A stretch of DNA of 64,000 nucleotides from an uncultured Pelagibacteraceae bacterium (GTDB lineage: Bacteria; Pseudomonadota; Alphaproteobacteria; Pelagibacterales; Pelagibacteraceae), in assembly GCA_902559605.1 (NCBI GenBank), contig CACEIC010000001.1, positions 41,056-105,055 on the forward strand, in the 5' to 3' direction. Below the pieces are notes generated by a model. The model saw only the letters and a program-made list of their open reading frames with translations. It searched no databases and had not been told where the DNA came from. This document shows, piece by piece, positions 20,585 through 26,504 of the stretch. A program made the translations under genes and the position numbers. Every line of letters starts with the position of its first letter. Positions within the stretch are counted from its first letter, which is position 1.

Positions 20585-20973
20585 TTTTTTTTATTACTTA
20601 TAGTTACAGTAAAATATGACTCTTTATAATTTTCCCTCATAATTGATTTTATTAAGTTTTGGTCATGAAAGTCTTTTGCTTTAGCTAAATCTAAAGAATA
20701 ATTTACATTTTCATTAATTATCTGATTTTGAATTAATTGATTTTTTTTTTCATAATCTAATTTTAAATACTTTTCTTCATCAAAAGATGAAGTAATTTTT
20801 TCTTTTCTTTTTGTAAATCTGGCACTACCATTTTCTGAAATTGTTTTGTAAGAAGCATTTTTTCCCACTGTACTCTCTTTCAACAAATTTTTTAATTCAT
20901 CCAATCTCTTTTTATTTCTTTTAATATTATTTTGTAAATCGATTGCTTCGTCGATCAATTGCTCAATTTTCAT
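20581..20973 (-). CDS. Hypothetical coiled-coil protein, phage-like
   Basis: N-terminal heptad coiled coil followed by a beta-rich tail; overlaps the 708-aa gene by 11 nt. Confidence 0.6.
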   Translation of the reverse strand: MKIEQLIDEAIDLQNNIKRNKKRLDELKNLLKESTVGKNASYKTISENGSARFTKRKEKITSSFDEEKYLKLDYEKKNQLIQNQIINENVNYSLDLAKAKDFHDQNLIKSIMRENYKESYFTVTISNKKK

Positions 20974-23089
20974 CTATTGTAACCTTTATAATATTTGGAT
21001 TAAAAGATAACTTTAAACAAATAAGTGTATCTTTTTTAAAATTACTAATGATATCTTTTAAGTCCCAGATTCCTAAATTTATTCTTATGCTTGATTTACT
21101 TTCATAATTATAATATTGGCCTTCGAGAATATCATGCCAATGGGAGGGTAAATATCTTATAAATCCTTGGGAAATAATTGATTGTGTTAATTTAAATTTA
21201 ATATTAATTTTTTTATTATCTGCCCAATCAATTTTTAAATTAGGATCATTATCTTTACTTTCTTTACTCGCTCTTTGTTTAGCATTATTAAGTTTATCGT
21301 CTTCAATTATTGTTCCAGCTAAAACAAAAACTTTGTCTAATCTTTTTATTAAGTATGAACCATACATGTAAGCGTTTAAAGAACCAACATTAATTGAATA
21401 TTTTGCTGCCAAATCAATGCTTTCCCAGAAAGTGATATATTTACCATTTTCTAAAAATAGATTTATTATTTTTTGTTCTAAATTTGGAATTTCGGGTTTT
21501 TTTCCTTTGAAATATATAAAATGATTATCAGACTCAAAATTATTTGCTTTGCAAATTTTTTTAATCAAATTTAATGGTGGTGATGTCCTAATCCTATGAT
21601 CATTTAATAAAGCAGCCTGAAAGTCCTCAAATGATATTTTTTTATGGATAAATAGTAATTTATTTAAACGTTTCATAATATTTTGACCAGAAGTATCTAG
21701 AGCCATAAAATTCTCATCATCAAGCCAAATAAAATTTGAATGTTTTTTTAAAGAATTTTTAATATTCTCATATTTGGTATATTTCTTAGTTTTAAACAAA
21801 TCATTGATTACTTTATTGAAATTACAAAAACTATATTTTGTGGTTAATTTTCTACTTTCAGAGATAATTTTATTTAATTCCTTAATTTCATTCATTGAAG
21901 AAACCAAAAATTCTTCATCCTCTATTTTTTTTTCGTCGGATAATAGATCTTTATTTTCTAAATTAGAGTAATTGTTAGTGGTTAGATGAGTTTCAAATTT
22001 ATGCTTTGTAAACGCAGACAGTATAGTTCTTAAAGAAGAAAGTGACTTATAAGAATTAAAAAAGTTTTCAGCTTTTAATCTTTCGTTTAAATATTTTTCA
22101 CCTATTGGTGTATTATTTGATAAAAATTTTAATAATTTGTTGAACGCAAACTTAAAATTTTCTTTATTAATTAAGTGTTTGCAAAATTTACTCTGTATTT
22201 GTCTTATTCTCTCTCTTTCTACTTTAAATTCTTTTCCAAGAGAATCTAAAGTTGAAAACTCTTTGTCTATCGACATTCTAGATTTAATTATTTTTTCTTT
22301 TCTAATAAACAATAAGTCATTTTCTTTATCATTTTTGCTAAGATAAGATAAAATAATTTCATCAATGTTATTGTTAGAAAAATTTTTTGAAATATGTTTT
22401 AAGTAAATTTGATGAAAGTATTTTTTATCTATCGAATACCAATCAAATTTTGTTTTAGTTTTAATTATTATATCGTCTTTAATTATTTCATTATTTAAAG
22501 ATAATTTATTTGTTTTTAAGAATTCTTTTATTTCAACGATGGTTTTTACACCGATTTTTGGAGTTTTTTTTAATTCATCCTCTGAAACATTTAAAACCAG
22601 ATCTCCAACATAAGTTAGATTCAGATTTTTAAAAACTCCCATAGCTCTTTGTGAAAACTCACAAGAATTTAGTTTCTTTAAGTAAATGGGATCAAAAGTA
22701 AGATTTAATCTAGCCTGGAGAAGAGATCTTTGATATTGATCATCTTGAGTAATTTTTTTAATATTTATTTGATCACAAATAAAATTTTCTTTAATAAGTT
22801 TTCCAATTTTTTTACCATGTTTAGTTAATTGAATATTATTATTAAAAGATGTTGCTAAATTATATTTTTCTAGAACTTTGTGAGAAATTAAATTTCTTAC
22901 TTTTTGGCTAAATTTATCATCAGATCTATCTTTTAATATTTGTTTATCAGACTCAGGTATATTAGAGATTGATCTAATTTCAGAGATTAGTCTTGAAGTA
23001 GATATTTTATCTGTTGATTTATAACTGGCTACTATTAATGCGGGTGGTACAAGATTTAGATCGTTGACTGAGTCAAAATAAAATTTCAT
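20963..23089 (-). CDS. Multidomain protein: N-terminal wHTH-like, RNAP alpha-CTD, sigma70 region-4 HTH, C-terminal wHTH-like region
   Basis: aa ~133-198 (FSQRAMGVFKNLNLTYVGDLV...SEDELKKTPKIGVKTIVEIKEFL) matches the alpha-CTD pattern. aa ~263-306 (STLDSLGKEFKVERERIRQIQSK) aligns by eye with Rpo[24 protein letters not shown] in this same window. Confidence 0.8.
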   Translation of the reverse strand: MKFYFDSVNDLNLVPPALIVASYKSTDKISTSRLISEIRSISNIPESDKQILKDRSDDKFSQKVRNLISHKVLEKYNLATSFNNNIQLTKHGKKIGKLIKENFICDQINIKKITQDDQYQRSLLQARLNLTFDPIYLKKLNSCEFSQRAMGVFKNLNLTYVGDLVLNVSEDELKKTPKIGVKTIVEIKEFLKTNKLSLNNEIIKDDIIIKTKTKFDWYSIDKKYFHQIYLKHISKNFSNNNIDEIILSYLSKNDKENDLLFIRKEKIIKSRMSIDKEFSTLDSLGKEFKVERERIRQIQSKFCKHLINKENFKFAFNKLLKFLSNNTPIGEKYLNERLKAENFFNSYKSLSSLRTILSAFTKHKFETHLTTNNYSNLENKDLLSDEKKIEDEEFLVSSMNEIKELNKIISESRKLTTKYSFCNFNKVINDLFKTKKYTKYENIKNSLKKHSNFIWLDDENFMALDTSGQNIMKRLNKLLFIHKKISFEDFQAALLNDHRIRTSPPLNLIKKICKANNFESDNHFIYFKGKKPEIPNLEQKIINLFLENGKYITFWESIDLAAKYSINVGSLNAYMYGSYLIKRLDKVFVLAGTIIEDDKLNNAKQRASKESKDNDPNLKIDWADNKKINIKFKLTQSIISQGFIRYLPSHWHDILEGQYYNYESKSSIRINLGIWDLKDIISNFKKDTLICLKLSFNPNIIKVTIDEN

Positions 23090-23116
23090 TTAATTACAGT
23101 TGAAGGTCTCAATAAT

Positions 23117-23184
23117 ATTAACAAAGGCACCCCAAGCACAGAAAGGTATGGAAAGCGATATAAGCTTGGGGCACCTTTGTTAAT
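23117..23184 (-). other. Intergenic 21-bp RNA hairpin with a 26-nt loop
   Basis: Arms 23117-23137 and 23164-23184 give 19 Watson-Crick pairs; the other 2 positions pair as G-U only on the minus (sense) strand. Confidence 0.75.
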
Positions 23185-23209
23185 CTCTTTTAAATCTGCT
23201 AATTTCATT

Positions 23210-24835
23210 TTAAATATTAGACAAATCATTTATTATCTTTAAAGCTTCAGCTAAATACTCATCTGTATTCTCTTTAAACCATTTTTTTTCTAGTAACAGA
23301 TAACTTAGACCAAAAGCATATTCTGTAAAAGCAATCTCGTATGTAGTGATTTTGAATAACCACTCGTTATCTTTGCTCTTTTTTTTTATATCAACAATAT
23401 GTGGATGATCTAAATTAATATAAACAATATTATTATCTCTATCAAACTTAGCTCTATTATTATTTGGGGTATTATTTCTATATTGTACTTCAAATCTTGA
23501 CCCACCAGATGATTTATTTTTTCCAATACCATTAACCCTTTTGGCTTTTTTACTTTCGTTTTTGTTCTCTTCAATATTCGAATTGTTTTTTTTACTGCTA
23601 TTTGATTTTTTATCTCCAAACTTTCCTAATGATTTAAAATCATTGTTTATTATTGCCTCTAGCTCATCTCCAATACTTAATGATCCATTTTCATTTAGAT
23701 TTTGTGAATTAAATGCTTTTGCATTTCCAACATTTCCATTGGAAATTCTATTTACTTGCATTCTAATTTTATCTTTATATTGCTCAAAATGATTATTTAT
23801 TTTTTCGGCAGCAGTATCAGCAATTTTTTGGAGTTTTTTTGCTTCTTCAGTTTGTTTTTCTTCTTTATCTTGTTCAACAAGTTTTTTTCTTACATCCTCA
23901 ATATTTGGACCTATAAAAGAGTACAAGCTTTTTACAAGTGGGCTTGAGGTTGACAATGTCATATCTCTTGCAACTGTTGAATTTACTTCTTCATCGCTAT
24001 CGTAATCAAGTTTTGGACAATCAATTTCTCCAAATATAAACTCTGACATTTCTCTTCCCTCAGAACCGCAAAGAGTTTCTGTTAACAAAACATTATTAGA
24101 ATTAACTCTTATCCTATTTCGATTATTATCTAGCGGCTCGGCTGCAACTTTGATTATTAAATCAATATTTCCAAGCTCGGGATGAGTTTTTTCTGTATTA
24201 AATTTGTAGATTTGTTTTGAGATAGGTTCTTTGTATTCGCACAAGTGATTATCCACCCAAACTTCTGCACCTTTGCCGTATGAGCCCAAGTGTTTTTCGA
24301 TATAATCAATTGTATCTTTTTTATTAGATTTGCTAAATATTTCAGAGATTTCAACCTTTGTTCCATCATTCTCTTTTGTTTTTTCTCCATAATTAATTAT
24401 ATAATCTTTAAGAGGAATGTTATCTCCTTTTTCTTGATACTTCTTTAACTCTTTTTTAGTAAGCTTAATTGAATAATTTTTCTTATTTTTAGATGTTGAT
24501 AAAAAAAATGAATTAGCGATTGCAAATGCAGCTGATTTGCCAGTCCCATTTTTACCTCTTACCCTAATTCCTTTTTTTCTTGCTCTATTTTCACCATGCA
24601 TTGTAAAAAAATTTTGTAAACCATCTTTATCCATTCCAGCACCATTTCCTGATATAGTAAGTTTATCTTTTTCAAAACTTACATGAATTATTGGTTTTCT
24701 TTTAATTTCTACACATGAGTCAAGTTCATTCGACACATATTCCCAAACCACATTATGTGTATGTTTAAATAAATGAGCACCATCTAGAATTGATTTTGCA
24801 GTGTTAGATTTAAATTGTAAATTATCTCGTGACAT
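23210..24835 (-). CDS. GHKL (Hsp90/MutL/MORC-like) ATPase
   Basis: Bergerat-fold boxes WEYVSNELD, (G)NGAGM, GKNGTGKS and GTKVEI, then an S5-like region, a coiled coil, a low-complexity linker and a C-terminal domain. Confidence 0.85.
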   Translation of the reverse strand: MSRDNLQFKSNTAKSILDGAHLFKHTHNVVWEYVSNELDSCVEIKRKPIIHVSFEKDKLTISGNGAGMDKDGLQNFFTMHGENRARKKGIRVRGKNGTGKSAAFAIANSFFLSTSKNKKNYSIKLTKKELKKYQEKGDNIPLKDYIINYGEKTKENDGTKVEISEIFSKSNKKDTIDYIEKHLGSYGKGAEVWVDNHLCEYKEPISKQIYKFNTEKTHPELGNIDLIIKVAAEPLDNNRNRIRVNSNNVLLTETLCGSEGREMSEFIFGEIDCPKLDYDSDEEVNSTVARDMTLSTSSPLVKSLYSFIGPNIEDVRKKLVEQDKEEKQTEEAKKLQKIADTAAEKINNHFEQYKDKIRMQVNRISNGNVGNAKAFNSQNLNENGSLSIGDELEAIINNDFKSLGKFGDKKSNSSKKNNSNIEENKNESKKAKRVNGIGKNKSSGGSRFEVQYRNNTPNNNRAKFDRDNNIVYINLDHPHIVDIKKKSKDNEWLFKITTYEIAFTEYAFGLSYLLLEKKWFKENTDEYLAEALKIINDLSNI

Positions 24836-25412
24836 ATTTTTTTACCTCTTTTTTGTAATTATTTATTAATTGATAAATTTGATCTTGATCCTTAAAATTA
24901 TCTAAAAGATCAATTATGCGTTTATCAAGATCTTTTGCTGAAGTATAATCATTAACTTTAAATAAATTCTTAATATCTTGCGATGTAATATTTTTATTAT
25001 CATTACTCAAATATTTTTTATATGCATCAGTGTTCATAATTCTATTTTCTTCTCTTAAAATGTATTTTTTTTCTACTGCAGAAAGTCTTTTTTTTCTTAT
25101 AACTTTGCCATTAAATTTATGTTTAGATGATTTGCAAAAGTCTAATCCTATTGTTGTTAAAATCCATCCTTGCTTATCATTACCTTTTACAAATGCTCCT
25201 ATTTTTCTTACTCTAGCAGCATTTAGACTTTCAATAATCAGACCTTTATCAATGAACTCTTTGTATTTTTTGTTTCTCCACTTGAATCTCTCATTGTCAA
25301 TACGATCAGCCTGAACAGCTATATCCTCAGTATCAATAAATTTTCTTGCTCCACCCATTTCGTACAAAGCTATGGTCACTAATTCTATATTTTTAATTTT
25401 TTTTAGTATCAC
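24822..25412 (-). CDS. Putative winged-helix protein coupled to the GHKL ATPase
   Basis: ALYEMGG...DTEDIAV...GWILTTIG wHTH-like pattern; overlaps both neighbouring genes. Confidence 0.6.
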   Translation of the reverse strand: MILKKIKNIELVTIALYEMGGARKFIDTEDIAVQADRIDNERFKWRNKKYKEFIDKGLIIESLNAARVRKIGAFVKGNDKQGWILTTIGLDFCKSSKHKFNGKVIRKKRLSAVEKKYILREENRIMNTDAYKKYLSNDNKNITSQDIKNLFKVNDYTSAKDLDKRIIDLLDNFKDQDQIYQLINNYKKEVKKYVTR

Positions 25413-25633
25413 AATTTAAACTCCTTAGTCTCTCTGGAGTTTTTTGAGTTAAATTTTTCTTTGATATTTTTTACTTCTGATGACAAAGCATTAACTATTT
25501 TGTCTGCTTCATTTTGTGAGTAGGAATAATGACTTTTGTTAGCAAGATTAGATATTAACCTTAGCAATTTAATTGCTTTGTTTACTCTACTATTTGCTAG
25601 TTCTTCAAATTTAATTTTTTTTTCATTTGTCAT
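25409..25633 (-). CDS. Small helical protein (74 aa), first gene of the ATPase operon
   Basis: KFEELANSRVNKAIKLLRLISNLANKSHYSYS; directly preceded by a near-consensus promoter. Confidence 0.75.
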   Translation of the reverse strand: MTNEKKIKFEELANSRVNKAIKLLRLISNLANKSHYSYSQNEADKIVNALSSEVKNIKEKFNSKNSRETKEFKL

Positions 25634-25639
25634 AATATT

Positions 25640-25668
25640 ATTATGCTATGTAATACGGCACATGTCAA
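25640..25668 (-). promoter_or_regulatory. sigma70 promoter TTGACA-N17-CATAAT, probably yielding a leaderless mRNA
   Basis: -35 at 25663-25668, -10 at 25640-25645, with 6 nt between the -10 box and the ATG at 25633. Confidence 0.75.
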
Positions 25669-25717
25669 CATATAAATATTACATCTTTTAGTTGAATACT
25701 CGGCATATCTTAATATT

Positions 25718-25984
25718 TCAATGTATAGTTCTATTTTTCTGCAAATCATTTTCATACTCTATCTTTCCCACTATTAGTCTCAGTCTAGAGGATAACTTTA
25801 ACCATTTTTGTCTATTATTTAGTGGATTTAACCATGGGAGGTCTTTTTGCTTTAATTTTAGATAAACACACAAAATTTTGTCAATTTTATTCAAAAAATT
25901 TTGCCTATTGAGAGGTGTATGATGCTCAAAGAGTCTGATTAAGTTTGTGTTGTTATTTTTATTATTTTTTCGCTTTTTTTTCAT
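25718..25984 (-). CDS. Hypothetical basic protein (island)
   Basis: 88 aa with an SD (GAAAGGA) 5 nt before the ATG. Confidence 0.6.
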   Translation of the reverse strand: MKKKRKNNKNNNTNLIRLFEHHTPLNRQNFLNKIDKILCVYLKLKQKDLPWLNPLNNRQKWLKLSSRLRLIVGKIEYENDLQKNRTIH

Positions 25985-26236
25985 ATTTTTCCTTTCAAAT
26001 TAAGTTCTGCCTGGAAAAATACAAAATCTATCAATTAATCCAAAAGCAAAACTAAGTTTTGTTGGCTAATATGATAAAAATGTTTGAAATAGTTTAACGT
26101 AAAGATAGTTAAAAAATTGTCTAAACAAGTAAATCAATTAACTAAATAGTTAATATCAGAACCTTTTTTAATATCAAGATATTTGTTTAATTTGAGTTAT
26201 CAGCGATTAATAAATAATAATAAAAGAATATGTTTT

Positions 26237-26258
26237 GTTGGTAAATAGTTGGTAAAAA
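26237..26258. repeat. Arm-type-like repeat, right copy
   Basis: Identical to 17312-17333, same orientation. Confidence 0.85.
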
Positions 26259-26330
26259 TTTAAATTTTTATAAATAGTTTAAAAAACGTTGAAATATGTG
26301 GGTTTTTTGAAAGGATTTCTTTTACAAGAA

Positions 26331-26370
26331 ATTATGAGTGTACTGCTCTAACCAACTGAGCTACAGGCCC
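26331..26370 (-). repeat. att core, right copy: 5' half-fragment of tRNA-Ile2
   Basis: Identical to tRNA nt 1-40; the sequence diverges just after the anticodon loop. Confidence 0.95.
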
Positions 26371-26385
26371 AAAATTGAACACTTA

Positions 26386-26412
26386 ATTATACCATTTTTT
26401 TTATGTTGGCAA
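26386..26412 (-). promoter_or_regulatory. Probable native tRNA-Ile2 promoter (extended -10)
   Basis: TGGTATAAT (TGn-TATAAT) at 26386-26394 and TTGCCA at 26407-26412 (15-bp spacer), 15 nt upstream of the tRNA 5' fragment. Confidence 0.6.
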
Positions 26413-26429
26413 TTAAAGTAATTTGAATT

Positions 26430-26504
26430 TGGTGGGCCGTGTTGGTTACGCTCCAACTACCCCTGCAATGTCAATGCAGTACTCTACTATTGAGCTAACG
26501 GCCC
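26430..26504 (-). tRNA. tRNA-Val (GAC) with atypical D and T loops
   Basis: GGGCCGTTAGCTCAATAGTAGAGTACTGCATTGACATTGCAGGGGTAGTTGGAGCGTAACCAACACGGCCCACCA; all four stems pair and CCA is encoded. Confidence 0.88.

Larger units (their letters stand above)
17209..26370. mobile_element. ~9.2-kb tRNA-Ile2-integrated genomic island with no recognisable integrase
   Basis: Flanked by 40-bp direct repeats, with identical 22-bp internal repeats near both ends. Ten co-oriented non-core ORFs interrupt core gene context. Confidence 0.88.

Noticed and set aside
20963-23089. 708-aa protein as a second sigma factor or an rpoA paralogue
   Set aside because: It lacks sigma region 2 and the alpha N-terminal assembly domain.
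23148-23183. Plus-strand mini-ORF MESDISLGHLC after AGAAAGGT, inside the hairpin
   Set aside because: The SD is directly adjacent to the ATG, the peptide is not hydrophobic like a type I toxin, and the G-U pairs favour a minus-strand RNA.
17209-26330. Prophage or phage satellite interpretation of the island
   Set aside because: No integrase, capsid, terminase, primase or AlpA-like gene is recognisable.
25985-26330. Repeated AAATAGTT-like words and near-IHF sites in the island's right non-coding end; possible CRISPR or iterons
   Set aside because: Spacing is irregular, the words are short and AT-rich, and I found no exact IHF consensus. Only the 22-bp repeat is convincing.
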